Source of the DNA: an uncultured Verrucomicrobiae bacterium
GTDB lineage: Bacteria; Verrucomicrobiota; Verrucomicrobiia; Limisphaerales; Palsa-1400
Assembly: GCA_963764165.1 (NCBI GenBank)
Contig: CAVXRD010000004.1
Span: 1-64,000 of the forward strand
Direction of reading: 5' to 3'
Length of the DNA: 64,000 nucleotides
In this document: positions 49,311-58,620 of the stretch, one piece after another
Layout of the letters: the number at the start of each line of letters is the position of its first letter
Numbering within the stretch: the stretch's first letter is position 1
The notes under the pieces: generated by a model
What the model saw: only the letters and a program-made list of their open reading frames with translations
The model's database searches: none
What the model was told of the DNA's origin: nothing
Made by a program: the position numbers and the translations under genes

Positions 49311-50762
49311 ATGCACGAACAGGATGACAGCGCGCTCCTGCGGGAGTATGTCCGCGACGGCTCGGAAGAGGCCTTCGCGGCGCTGGTGTCACGGCATGTC
49401 AACAAGGTTTATTCTGTAGCCTTGAGGCATGTGCGGAATCCGCATCAAGCCGAGGAAATCACGCAAGCCGTGTTCGTCATTCTCGCACGAAAAGCCGCCT
49501 GCTTGAACAAACAAGTCATTCTTTCGGGATGGCTTTACCACACAGCGCGCTTGTCGGCTATGACGTTCGTCCGGAGCGAAATCCGCCGCGCACAACGGGA
49601 AAAGGAGGCCCAATTGGAATCGCAAAATCAGGACACCGACTCCCGCGTTTGGTCAGAAATCGCTCCGCTGCTCGACGACGCCATCAGCCGTTTAAACGAG
49701 AAAGACCGGCATGCGATTGTCCTGAGATTCTTCGACGCGAAAAGCATGAGCGAAGTTGGAGCGAACTTGGGACTCGGCGAGGATGCGGCAAAAATGCGGG
49801 TGAGCCGTGCGCTTGAAAAATTGCGCGTCTTTTTTTCCAACCGCGGCATCGCGCATTCCGGAGCCGCGCTGGCGGCGGCGATTTCGGCGCACTCAGTGCA
49901 AGCCTCGCCGCCGGCGCTGGCCGAGAGCATCGCCGCCACTGCGTCCGCCGGAGGCGCAGCGGCGGGCGCGACAGCCACCATTGTGAAAGGAGTATTGACA
50001 GTCATGGCTTGGACAAAAATTAAAACTGCCGTCGTTGGCGCCATTGTCATCGCCAGCATCATCACGCCGATTATGATTCAGCGCCAGGAGAATGCCCGCG
50101 TTCTCCAAGCGCAGGCGGAACTCGAATCGCAGCGCGCACAGCTTGCCGATTTGGAATCGAATCGTGACCGCCTCAACCGCCTCGCGCAGAACGCCGCCCT
50201 GTCGGAAAAGCAGATGGATGACTTGCAGCGGTTGCGAAAGGAAACGGCCGCCCTGCGCGAACAAGCCAAAGCGTTTCCGAAACTCATGCTGGAAAATCAG
50301 GATTTGAAGGCGAAACTCGGCAAGGACAAGCCACCGAGCCCTGAGGAAACGAGGGAGTACGCCATGGCAAAAATGAGTCTGGGAAGGAATTGGGCGATGG
50401 CCTTTTTTCTTTACGCCCAAGATCACAACGGCCAATTCCCGGCAGACTTCACCCAGGCGGAATCGTACTTGTCCGAGCCATCCAACTCCGCCGATAATCC
50501 GCGCGACCATTTCGCAGTCGTTTTTCGTGGCTCTCCCTCAGATCTCGAAAAGCCGGCTGACGTCATTGTGTTTCAGGGGATCGACCCGTGGCCCGTCGTT
50601 TCCGAAGGCGAGCAGCGCTGGGCGAATGCCTATGTCTTTGCGGATGGCCACGCTGAAATCCACAGTCAAACACAAAGCGACTTCTCGGATTACGAACAAC
50701 AGCACATCGTGGCGCCACTCCAAGACGCGCCCGGATCCAATCCGCCATGGAAGACAAAGTGA
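49311..50762 (+). CDS. ECF sigma-70 factor with long C-terminal extension
   Basis: DDSALLREY..SEEAFAALVSRH, AEEITQAVF, AAKMRVSRALEKLR; TM, coiled coil, FADGH. Confidence 0.88.
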   Translation: MHEQDDSALLREYVRDGSEEAFAALVSRHVNKVYSVALRHVRNPHQAEEITQAVFVILARKAACLNKQVILSGWLYHTARLSAMTFVRSEIRRAQREKEAQLESQNQDTDSRVWSEIAPLLDDAISRLNEKDRHAIVLRFFDAKSMSEVGANLGLGEDAAKMRVSRALEKLRVFFSNRGIAHSGAALAAAISAHSVQASPPALAESIAATASAGGAAAGATATIVKGVLTVMAWTKIKTAVVGAIVIASIITPIMIQRQENARVLQAQAELESQRAQLADLESNRDRLNRLAQNAALSEKQMDDLQRLRKETAALREQAKAFPKLMLENQDLKAKLGKDKPPSPEETREYAMAKMSLGRNWAMAFFLYAQDHNGQFPADFTQAESYLSEPSNSADNPRDHFAVVFRGSPSDLEKPADVIVFQGIDPWPVVSEGEQRWANAYVFADGHAEIHSQTQSDFSDYEQQHIVAPLQDAPGSNPPWKTK

Positions 50763-51511
50763 AGATGCTTGCCGCACTGATCGCGATCTCTGCTGCCGCC
50801 GCCGTCACGCTGGCCGCCCACAAGCGGACAGAGTCGCGCCTGCGTGAGCTTGACAGGAAAATCCAAGAACAATCATTGGAATTGAGTCGCCGCGCGGCTG
50901 GCAATTCCGAACTTTCCGCCGCCATTGAGGCCAACTCGAACAATCTTCCCCTGACTGGAGAGAAACTCTCCGCCTTGCTGAAATTGCGAAACGAAGCCGC
51001 CCAGCTTCGGAGGACCAACGCTGAAATGGCGCGCCTGGAATCCAGGAACCGGAAACTGCGGGCCTCGCTCGAGAGCAATCAAACCCGGCTTGCGGCGGCG
51101 AAGATGCTGCCAAATTATTGGGCCAAGGACCAGTTGTCCTATTGCGGCTTTGCCGATCCTTCCTCAGCCGTGAAAAGCATTCTCGCCCTGATGTCAAAGG
51201 GCGATGCCGAAAGCTGGCAGGCTGCATGCACTCCCGAAGCCATCGGAAAGCTGCGGAATGAATGGAAGAACAGCGGCCTCTCCACCTCCCAGCAGGAAGC
51301 CGAATTCAAGTCAATGGCGGATGGATTGATGTCTTCCTGCGACGGCTTTCATATTATTGACACCAGCCAGCCGGATCCGGATACCGAAGTGGTCCAACTT
51401 TCATTCGATGGCCAGAACACGATTAGGAAAATCGTTTTAAAGCGGATTGAGGATCAATGGAAAATGAACGACCTTGGCGCCGGCAGCGCGGGTGCGGCCT
51501 TCCCAAATTGA
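50747..51511 (+). CDS. Hypothetical membrane-anchored coiled-coil protein
   Basis: N-terminal hydrophobic helix, LLKLRNEAAQLRR coiled coil; overlaps sigma gene end. Confidence 0.6.
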   Translation: MEDKVKMLAALIAISAAAAVTLAAHKRTESRLRELDRKIQEQSLELSRRAAGNSELSAAIEANSNNLPLTGEKLSALLKLRNEAAQLRRTNAEMARLESRNRKLRASLESNQTRLAAAKMLPNYWAKDQLSYCGFADPSSAVKSILALMSKGDAESWQAACTPEAIGKLRNEWKNSGLSTSQQEAEFKSMADGLMSSCDGFHIIDTSQPDPDTEVVQLSFDGQNTIRKIVLKRIEDQWKMNDLGAGSAGAAFPN

Positions 51512-51530
51512 CAATTATAATTCTAATTGA

Positions 51531-52385
51531 CTAAGGGTGGCCCGGAAATTGGTAGCCTTTGAAGACAAATTGATAGTCGGCTCCGTTGCCTGGCCCCGTC
51601 CAGATCGACTCGGAGCAGCCTTGCCCTGCGCCCTGCCCCGCCTTGATGATGGCTGGATCGGTCCATCGGTGCAGTTCGGCGTGGCCGTCGGCGAAGGCAA
51701 TCGAATCGACGTTGATGTGCCACATGGCGGGGGGGTCCTGCCACTCAAATGAATCATCGGTCCAGCGCACGACCCAGGTTCCCATGTTGTAGCCGCGCCA
51801 ATCGGATTCCTCAATCATCGAAAATGTCCCGCTGGGCGCGGGGATGGCCGACAATTTTGTGTAAGTGGCGCGGGTTCCCCAATAATCGTCGTAAGGTTCG
51901 CCGCCGAGATTTTGGGTCCGTGAATAACTGTCAAATCCCCAGCCGTTCAAGTGGTGCGGGGACGGGACGTTCTGGCTTCGCGTATCGCCGGGACAGTGGT
52001 ACGTATTGACCGTGTTGCAATAAAAATAGAATGCGTTGCTCGTTTTGAGGCCGGTCTGCACTGCGCGCATCGCATTGCTTTGGGACGTCCACTTGCTCGG
52101 CGCAATGGAAGGACCGCCCCAAAATCCACCCGCCGGATAAATATCATCCCCGGTTTCATAGTCCGCCATTTGCACGATGTAATCGGAGTTATCCTGCGAA
52201 TACATGTGAAATGCGCTGGCCAGCTGCTTCTGGTTATTCAGGCAATTCGCCGCCGATGTCTGATGCTTCGCCTTAGAAAGAGTCGGCAGCATCATGGCGG
52301 CCAGAATGGCAATAATGCAAATCACCACGAGCAATTCCGCCATGCTGAAGGCATGGACGGTCCTGTGGCGGTGAAAGGTGTTCAT
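51531..52385 (-). CDS. Prepilin-type N-terminal cleavage / H-X9-DG domain protein
   Basis: AFSMAELLVVICIIAILAAMMLP, CLNNQKQL, YHCPGD, WH...FADGHAE. Confidence 0.88.
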   Translation of the reverse strand: MNTFHRHRTVHAFSMAELLVVICIIAILAAMMLPTLSKAKHQTSAANCLNNQKQLASAFHMYSQDNSDYIVQMADYETGDDIYPAGGFWGGPSIAPSKWTSQSNAMRAVQTGLKTSNAFYFYCNTVNTYHCPGDTRSQNVPSPHHLNGWGFDSYSRTQNLGGEPYDDYWGTRATYTKLSAIPAPSGTFSMIEESDWRGYNMGTWVVRWTDDSFEWQDPPAMWHINVDSIAFADGHAELHRWTDPAIIKAGQGAGQGCSESIWTGPGNGADYQFVFKGYQFPGHP

Positions 52386-52471
52386 TGCGCGGGGTTTGTT
52401 ACCAGTTTGGCGGCTTTAGGAAAAGCATAATTTGTGTCACGAATCCCCGGCAAGGCTCGCTCCTGTGCTTT

Positions 52472-53908
52472 TTACAAACCGCTGCCGACTTTGCTGCGGC
52501 GCGGAGCTTTTTCGGGCTGGCCGTTCAGAAGCCCCGCCCACGTCTCGGCTTCGTGCGAACCGGCGTCAAACGGATTGCTCAATTGCAATGCGGAGGCTCC
52601 CTCAAGCCCGATCATTTCCCAATCGATAAAATAGGGGCAGCTTTCGTCCTTGAGCAGGCGCATCGCCTGGGAGCGGACGGCGGCGCGGGTGTTGGCGGGC
52701 GCATGAGTGGTTGCCTGCGTGACTTCCTTGTGCGGCAATTCCCAGCAGGGCGGCGTTTGCGCCAGCGCCAGGCCGAGGCTCCGCGCCGGGTCAATCTGGT
52801 GATATTCCAAATCCTGCGACTTCAGCCACGGGTGGCTCCAGGGAATATTCTCCTGCTCGCAAAACTGCCGCAGCAGCCAGCGTTTCGTAATCCAATCAAT
52901 CTTGCCGACGAGCAATTCAGGATCCTTCCCCAGCGCCTGCAATGTGTCCTGCCAGATCGTGAGCAACTCGTCGGTTTCAGTATCGCGCCCGGCGAATTTT
53001 GACTTCGCCGCCGCGCGGTATTCTTCCAGCAAATCCAGCACATCCGCGACCCTGCCATCACACAACTGCGCGCGCCACGGTCCATCCGGCTGATGCGACA
53101 AAGTGCGGAACGCCGCAACGGCATCCGCCAAAGCGATTTTCGGCAGCGCGTTAATTTCCAGCAAATCGAGGACGAGCGAAGTGGTGCCCACTTTCAGAAG
53201 GAGGCTTGTCGGCAGCACATTCGTATCGCCGTGCAGCAAATGAAGGCGGCGGTATTTTCGCGCGTCGGCCAGCGGTTCGTCGCGCGTGTTGATGATGGCG
53301 CGATTGAACTGCACCCATTCAAAAAGATCGTTATTAATGTAATCCGCCCGCTGGCTCATCTGGTAGATGCTGTCCATCCCCGGCCGGCTCAGCTCGCCGC
53401 GCGCTTCCGCCGCCACCGTCGCCCCCACCCGGCCGGCGCTGACGTAAAGCATGCGCAGCGTCAAAAAAGCCAGCAGCGAGTGGACGTTCGGCTCCGTCAA
53501 CGGAGCGGAGCGGCGGACGAGATAATTCTCGTGGCAGCCAAAGGTCGCGCCGGAATAATGGTCGATGTTGTTGCGGATGAAATTGATTTCGCGCTCGAGC
53601 CGCATGGTGCGGACGGCTTGCAATAGTATCGCGTCGCCCGCCTGGTCGAAGCGAAGAACGTCAAGAAGGTTTAAGCATTCAGGCGTGCAATACTCCAGAT
53701 GACCCATGTCAATATAACAGCGCCCGCCGTTGAACAGAAATCCGCCGTTGCCCGCCGGCTCATCCCAATCCCGCTGATGCACGTCGATGAGGCCGAGCCG
53801 CTGGTCCTTGAAAATCCAATCACGGACGCGCGTGATCGCTCCCGGCGTTCCGGGAAACTCGTTGGTCAAACAACCATATTCGGTCTCCAGGCCAACGATT
53901 CGGTTCAT
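52472..53908 (-). CDS. pafA: PafA-like ligase of the UBact/Pup-proteasome system
   Basis: RIVGLETEYG, FLFNGGRCYIDMGHLEYCTPEC, GCHENY, INTRDEP, RRLHLLHGD, DLEYH. Confidence 0.88.
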   Translation of the reverse strand: MNRIVGLETEYGCLTNEFPGTPGAITRVRDWIFKDQRLGLIDVHQRDWDEPAGNGGFLFNGGRCYIDMGHLEYCTPECLNLLDVLRFDQAGDAILLQAVRTMRLEREINFIRNNIDHYSGATFGCHENYLVRRSAPLTEPNVHSLLAFLTLRMLYVSAGRVGATVAAEARGELSRPGMDSIYQMSQRADYINNDLFEWVQFNRAIINTRDEPLADARKYRRLHLLHGDTNVLPTSLLLKVGTTSLVLDLLEINALPKIALADAVAAFRTLSHQPDGPWRAQLCDGRVADVLDLLEEYRAAAKSKFAGRDTETDELLTIWQDTLQALGKDPELLVGKIDWITKRWLLRQFCEQENIPWSHPWLKSQDLEYHQIDPARSLGLALAQTPPCWELPHKEVTQATTHAPANTRAAVRSQAMRLLKDESCPYFIDWEMIGLEGASALQLSNPFDAGSHEAETWAGLLNGQPEKAPRRSKVGSGL

Positions 53909-53932
53909 GAATGCTCCCTCCCCCTTTCCTCG

Positions 53933-54673
53933 TTACAGGTTCAATTCTCCCGCTGTCAGCGCCTGGTAACGGGCCGGGCGCGAACCGCCGCGCGCCAGCC
54001 ATCCGATTTCAATTTCCTTGCCCTTGACGGCTTCGCGCCAGCCGGTTTGGCGGACTGCCTCATCGGGAACCGTGCCCGCGAAGCCGCCATTTTCGGAAAG
54101 CTGCCACCACACCTGCAAAAGCAGGTCCGCCACTTCGCCGCGGCTGTGTTTCATCTTGACAGTTTCGGTCAGCCATTTTTGCGCGGCGGCCTCGGCTTCC
54201 GCATCGCTGGCCGCGACAATGGCCCCGCCGTGCTGCATTTGGAATGAGCCGTCGAAATGAAGGCGGAAAAACAAATCATCCTTCGGCGCGGCTCCAAGTT
54301 CCGCCAAGAGCAATTCCACCAAAAAAGGCGCGCTGAAAATCTGCTCGAAATTGGTTTTCAATTGCGGGCTAAGGCCGAAGCTGACCAACCGGCGCAAACT
54401 CACATCTTCCGGGGCACGCGTGAAAGCCTCGACATGCGCGGCGTCAATCGCGGCTTGCCGGATCTTTTCGATGTCCGCCGGATGGCCAAGCCCCGCCAGA
54501 GCATGGCGGTCAAACAGTTCAAAAACCTTCGACTGCCCGATGCCGACGCCAACGAGCAGGACGCCGTCCGGCAAACTCGCGCTGAGAACAGGTTTTCCGC
54601 CTTTGAGCTGCTCGCGGACGTATTCGCGACGGTTGCCGACGGCCTCCAGCCACCTGTATGGTTCCTCAGTCAC
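53933..54673 (-). CDS. prcA: Proteasome alpha-type subunit
   Basis: EEPYRW..RREYVREQL..G, SKVFELFDR, DVSLRRL; GTG start overlaps prcB end. Confidence 0.8.
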   Translation of the reverse strand: MTEEPYRWLEAVGNRREYVREQLKGGKPVLSASLPDGVLLVGVGIGQSKVFELFDRHALAGLGHPADIEKIRQAAIDAAHVEAFTRAPEDVSLRRLVSFGLSPQLKTNFEQIFSAPFLVELLLAELGAAPKDDLFFRLHFDGSFQMQHGGAIVAASDAEAEAAAQKWLTETVKMKHSRGEVADLLLQVWWQLSENGGFAGTVPDEAVRQTGWREAVKGKEIEIGWLARGGSRPARYQALTAGELNL

Positions 54674-55439
54674 GCAAGAACTCCTTTTGCTGGGCGTCGG
54701 CGACAGTTTCCACGCCGGATGGTTTGAGAACCTTGATCGTCGCGTAGGTCTCCGTCGCCGGGTTGACGCCGCCGGTGGCGGAATCAAATTCCGACGCGGT
54801 CGACAAGAGCCGCGAGGCGAAACGAACTGCGTCCCGCAATCCCATTTGCGACGGGCGCGGCGTGCCGAACCGTTCCTGAAAGCTTAAGATGCTGCGAATC
54901 GTCCCCGACCCCGAGCCAGACGCCGCGTAACCCACCGCCTGGAACTGCGCCCCGAGCGGATCGTAAAAATAGATGCGCGGCTCGGCGGGAGTGACCGTGG
55001 TGTCCACACCGGCAAAAAGAGGGACGACAATTCCAATGCCCTGCATGGTCATCGGCAAATTTTCCCGCAATAACCGTGCCAGCGCCCGCACGCGGGCAGG
55101 CAAGCTCAAGGGCTGCAATTGACTGCGGCGGAAATATTCGAAGGAAGTTTGCAAAACGCGCGCCATTTCGAACGCCGTGGCCGGAACGCCCGCAATAGCC
55201 AGCACCGAGGTGGAATCGATTTCAATGATCTTCTCGACGCGGTCGGTGACAATGATGTTGCCAGCGGTGGCGCGGCGGTCGCCGGCCATGATGACGCCCT
55301 CCGCGAAATGAAATCCGAAGACGGTGGTTGCCTGGGTTTGAACCGGAGCCGTCCCGTTGGCCGCCGGCGACTGGATCGCGAGACGACGCTCCGCCAAAAG
55401 CGACAGGAAGTCGCCTGCAATCGGCTGAGGCTGGCTCAT
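54666..55439 (-). CDS. prcB: Proteasome beta-type subunit
   Basis: Propeptide then TTVFG; AGDRRATAG, YFYDPLG, GSGS, DSATGG. Confidence 0.9.
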   Translation of the reverse strand: MSQPQPIAGDFLSLLAERRLAIQSPAANGTAPVQTQATTVFGFHFAEGVIMAGDRRATAGNIIVTDRVEKIIEIDSTSVLAIAGVPATAFEMARVLQTSFEYFRRSQLQPLSLPARVRALARLLRENLPMTMQGIGIVVPLFAGVDTTVTPAEPRIYFYDPLGAQFQAVGYAASGSGSGTIRSILSFQERFGTPRPSQMGLRDAVRFASRLLSTASEFDSATGGVNPATETYATIKVLKPSGVETVADAQQKEFLRD

Positions 55440-55606
55440 TGGCCGGTGCGCTGGCGATAACGCCGGGCCTGGTCAGGATCGACCTTGCGCATGCGTTTGA
55501 GCAATTCCTCCGTGTTGGGTTTGTCGACTTTGGGGGCGCTGGGCCCCTCTCCACCACCGCCGCCGGCTGGAGCCAGTGGCCTGTTTTTCTGAGCTTGGTC
55601 AGGCAT
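55436..55606 (-). CDS. ubact: Ubiquitin-like protein UBact (56 aa)
   Basis: MPDQAQK..GGGGGEGP..EELLKRMRKVDPDQARRYRQRTGQ; C-terminal R[T/S]G[E/Q] signature; directly upstream of prcB. Confidence 0.9.
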   Translation of the reverse strand: MPDQAQKNRPLAPAGGGGGEGPSAPKVDKPNTEELLKRMRKVDPDQARRYRQRTGQ

Positions 55607-55869
55607 AAAACGTATAGACGAACTTAACATAATCCATTCTGCCCAATTCGCCACGCAACTTGACATAAAAATTCGGAAACACAAGCGGTGATGGACGAAT
55701 TTAAAAAATTCGTTTCGTCGGAAGCTTCGATGCCGAAACGCGGGTGCGCCAAAAGAAATCGCCGGTTTGAATTTGGGCATGATCCACCCGCGTTGCGCTC
55801 CTCATTAAGACGCTGCTCGTTTATTTGAGGATCTCCGCGCCCGCCTTGGGCGGAAACCTGGTTTGGAAA

Positions 55870-55935
55870 GTGCAAAACTGGGTGCAAATGGGGCTCAAAA
55901 ACGCAAAGTGCAATAGGGTGCAATAGCGTGCAACG
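55870..55935 (-). repeat. Phased TTGCAC array (3+2 units)
   Basis: GTGCAA at 55870, 55882, 55908, 55918, 55928; 55908-55935 is the exact reverse complement of 45462-45489. Confidence 0.8.
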
Positions 55936-56304
55936 ACCCCTTTCCGGCGAAATCCGTTTGGACGGCCCCAATGATAGGGCACACCGACTGCGGCGCATAA
56001 ACACGAAGTTCCGCGCTGCGCGGTCTTCCTGACTATGACCTTGCGTTTGCATCAAACGTAGTTTGCCACGGTTGGAGCCGGATGGAAAACCTACCAGAGT
56101 GTTTTCGGCGCGATTTTTGAAGAAATGTTGGAAAAAAAGCCAAAAGAATGTGGTTCTTGGGTGATTACGGTGGAGCGCTGATCCGTCTTTGTTTTCCTCT
56201 GCGCCCTCATCTTCTCTGCGCGAGATCTCTCTTCCCCTCATGATACCACTGTCTGATGGAACTACAAGGAAATGTACATAAACTAACCGGAGTCGCGAAG
56301 GATG

Positions 56305-56475
56305 TCACTGCACCCACAATTCGGGATGCGGTTGATGGTCGGCGTTCCACATCGCGGCGGTGTTGGTGGGATTAAAGAGATCCCAGGGATCCATCGCCGC
56401 GACGTGGCCATCGCAGAAAAGCTGATTGTAATTCTTTCCGTGCCGCGATGGCAGAACGCGCCATCGCGTTCCGCA
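56305..56475 (-). pseudogene. C-terminal remnant of an H-X9-DG protein
   Basis: Hand translation RHGKNYNQLFCDGHVAAMDPWDLFNPTNTAAMWNADHQPHPELWVQ*; in-frame stop upstream, no start. Confidence 0.7.
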
Positions 56476-56493
56476 TCAAATACATCCGGAAAA

Positions 56494-56710
56494 CTAGATC
56501 TCCTCCGCGCTCCCACGCTGACGAACGCTCTCCTCGCGGAAATGCTTGTGGCGCGCCGACAAAATCGCCGCCCGCCCCAAATATCCAACAATCCTCGCAG
56601 GGTTCCCCCGCTCCACCACCGGCAATCGGCCCACGTTGCGATTCAACATTTTGCCCAGCGCTGCCGGCAATGGTTCATCGGGATAGGCGACGCCCAAGTC
56701 AGGGGTGCCT
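56494..56710 (-). pseudogene. C-terminal CBS-domain remnant (ClC-channel-type)
   Basis: VAYPDEPLPAALGKML..NVGRLPVVER..RIVGYLGR; rest of gene absent. Confidence 0.65.
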
Positions 56711-56739
56711 GCTTTGAGCACCGTCCTTTGGTTGCCATT

Positions 56740-56938
56740 CGGTCTTGTGGACAGGCTGGTGGCGGAAAAATGGGTGGCCCGGCGCCGCTCCACCGAGGAT
56801 CGCCGCCAGGTGATGATTTATTTGACGGGCGGCGGCGAACTTATCCTTGGAAAATTGGCGGCAGTCCATCGCCAGCAATTGAAACGCATTGGCCCCGAGA
56901 TCAGCCAACTGCTCGCCGCACTCAACCGCCCCAATTAG
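56740..56938 (+). pseudogene. C-terminal half of a MarR-family regulator
   Basis: GLVDRL..WVARRRSTEDRRQVMIYLTGGGE..L..LAAVH; N-terminal helices absent. Confidence 0.7.
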
Positions 56939-56978
56939 TCCAATAGGACCTATAAGTCCTAAAGGTCCCATTGGAGCC

Positions 56979-58454
56979 TCAATGACTTGTTCCGCCGAGC
57001 GTTGAAGAAAGGGACGAACTGCTCGTGACTGCGGTCGACTGGGCGTTGGCGTTGGCGGTGTAGCGGGCATCCAATGGCGACGTGCTCGCAGCCGTTGAGG
57101 CCGACGACCCTTTCCCGCTCGTGGTGCTCGAGAACAACCCAGCCAGCGTGGACTGCACGGCGACCGGATCAGCCGCGCCGTAATCCATGACGCGGACGAT
57201 TTGCACGCCTTGCGTTCCTTCGTCCAAGTCGCGCACCACATGCTGCACTTGCTCCATCAAGGCGTGCGAGGCGGAGAGAATGACCGATTGCACCCGGCGA
57301 TCCGCCACGGCAGAGACCGTCCCCAGCTTTTGCATGCGGGCGCTTTCGGTGGAATTGCCGCCGGAACGCGCGCTTTGCTGCTGACGACCGCCAAATTGAA
57401 AGCCCATGGAACGGTCGCTCTGGCTGGAACTCGAACTCGAATCGCTGGAAGGAAAGAGCAAGTTAATCTCATCGACGATTTCGCCAGGGTCGGCATGTTT
57501 CAGGCGCATGACGCGGAGTTCCGTGACGCTTTGGTTTGGCTTATCCAATTCGGCCACCAGATTGCTTACCATGCGCATGTAATCCGGCGGGGCGCTCGCG
57601 ACGACGGCGTTCATTTGGTCGTCGGCGACGAAGGAGGTTTTGGTGTTGGAGTTTTTCGTGCTTGATTGATCGCTATTGCCGCCGCCGGGTCCCCCGAATC
57701 CACCCGGCCCACCCGGACCGCCAAAACCCGGCGGGCCTCCGAAGCCGCCGAAATTGTTGCGGGTCGCTGCAGCGGAGGTGCTGGAGTCGCTGGTCTGAAA
57801 GACATCCTTCAATTCCGAAGCCAGCGTCTTGGCATCCGCAAATTTCAAGATGAACACCTCCACTTGCGAAACAGCGGTGGTGTCCAGGGCTAAGATGATC
57901 TCGCAGACGCGGTGGATTTCCGTCATCGGCGCGGTCATTAGAATCGAATTGCCGGCTTCGTTGGCGGTTATCGCGGCATTCTGAGGAATCAGCGGCTGCA
58001 AATCCTTGATAAGCGCTTCCGCCCGCAATGTATTGACCGGCAGGATGGCCGTCACGATTTGGTCGCTGGCGGGAATCTCTTCCGGCTTGGAATGGGTCGG
58101 CATGACCGGAGTCCTCGAACTGGTGCGCGCCTGGTCGGCGGTCATGATTGTGAGCGTCCGGCCATTGAGCGCAACCGCGTAGTTATTCTTGGACAATGCC
58201 GTGCTGAGAATATCGACAATTTCATTGGTCGAAATTGGCTGCCCGGAAACGATGCTGACGCGGCCATTCAAATCCACATCCGAAATGACAATCAGCCCGG
58301 CCTTCTCGCTGAGGTAATTGACGACGGCACTGAGCGGCACGCTTTGAAAATTCAGCACAAGGCCGGAAGGCGGTGCGCTCGTTACCAATTCTTTTGCAAA
58401 CGTGAAGGCCGCCGACGCTGCGAGAGCTGCCACTGCCAACAAGATTTTTTTCAT
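56979..58454 (-). CDS. Secretin N-terminal domain protein (GspD N0-N3-like) without barrel
   Basis: Signal peptide; LNFQSVPL, EAGNSILM, ILKFADA, DDQMNAVV, LKHADP, DRRVQSVIL; ends in Ser/Thr-rich tail. Confidence 0.8.
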   Translation of the reverse strand: MKKILLAVAALAASAAFTFAKELVTSAPPSGLVLNFQSVPLSAVVNYLSEKAGLIVISDVDLNGRVSIVSGQPISTNEIVDILSTALSKNNYAVALNGRTLTIMTADQARTSSRTPVMPTHSKPEEIPASDQIVTAILPVNTLRAEALIKDLQPLIPQNAAITANEAGNSILMTAPMTEIHRVCEIILALDTTAVSQVEVFILKFADAKTLASELKDVFQTSDSSTSAAATRNNFGGFGGPPGFGGPGGPGGFGGPGGGNSDQSSTKNSNTKTSFVADDQMNAVVASAPPDYMRMVSNLVAELDKPNQSVTELRVMRLKHADPGEIVDEINLLFPSSDSSSSSSQSDRSMGFQFGGRQQQSARSGGNSTESARMQKLGTVSAVADRRVQSVILSASHALMEQVQHVVRDLDEGTQGVQIVRVMDYGAADPVAVQSTLAGLFSSTTSGKGSSASTAASTSPLDARYTANANAQSTAVTSSSSLSSTLGGTSH

Positions 58455-58620
58455 ATCGATCTCCTGAGCGGCCGGGTTCATTCCGCGCTTCCGCTCGACA
58501 GCAATAGACTCCCGCAGTGTTAAGACTCTGTTCGCCGGGAAGCGGAAATTTGTTAAGGAAGGGTTAATTATCGCGGTTTTCCGTGATTGTGTGATTGAAA
58601 GAGGCTGAATTATCTTCGAT

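Noticed and set aside
45462..55935. Composite transposon bounded by the 28-bp inverted repeats
   Set aside because: No transposase or target duplication; enclosed genes look like core genes
57675..57755. GC-rich short repeats
   Set aside because: Encode the Gly/Pro-rich loop (GGFGGPGG) of the secretin-N protein
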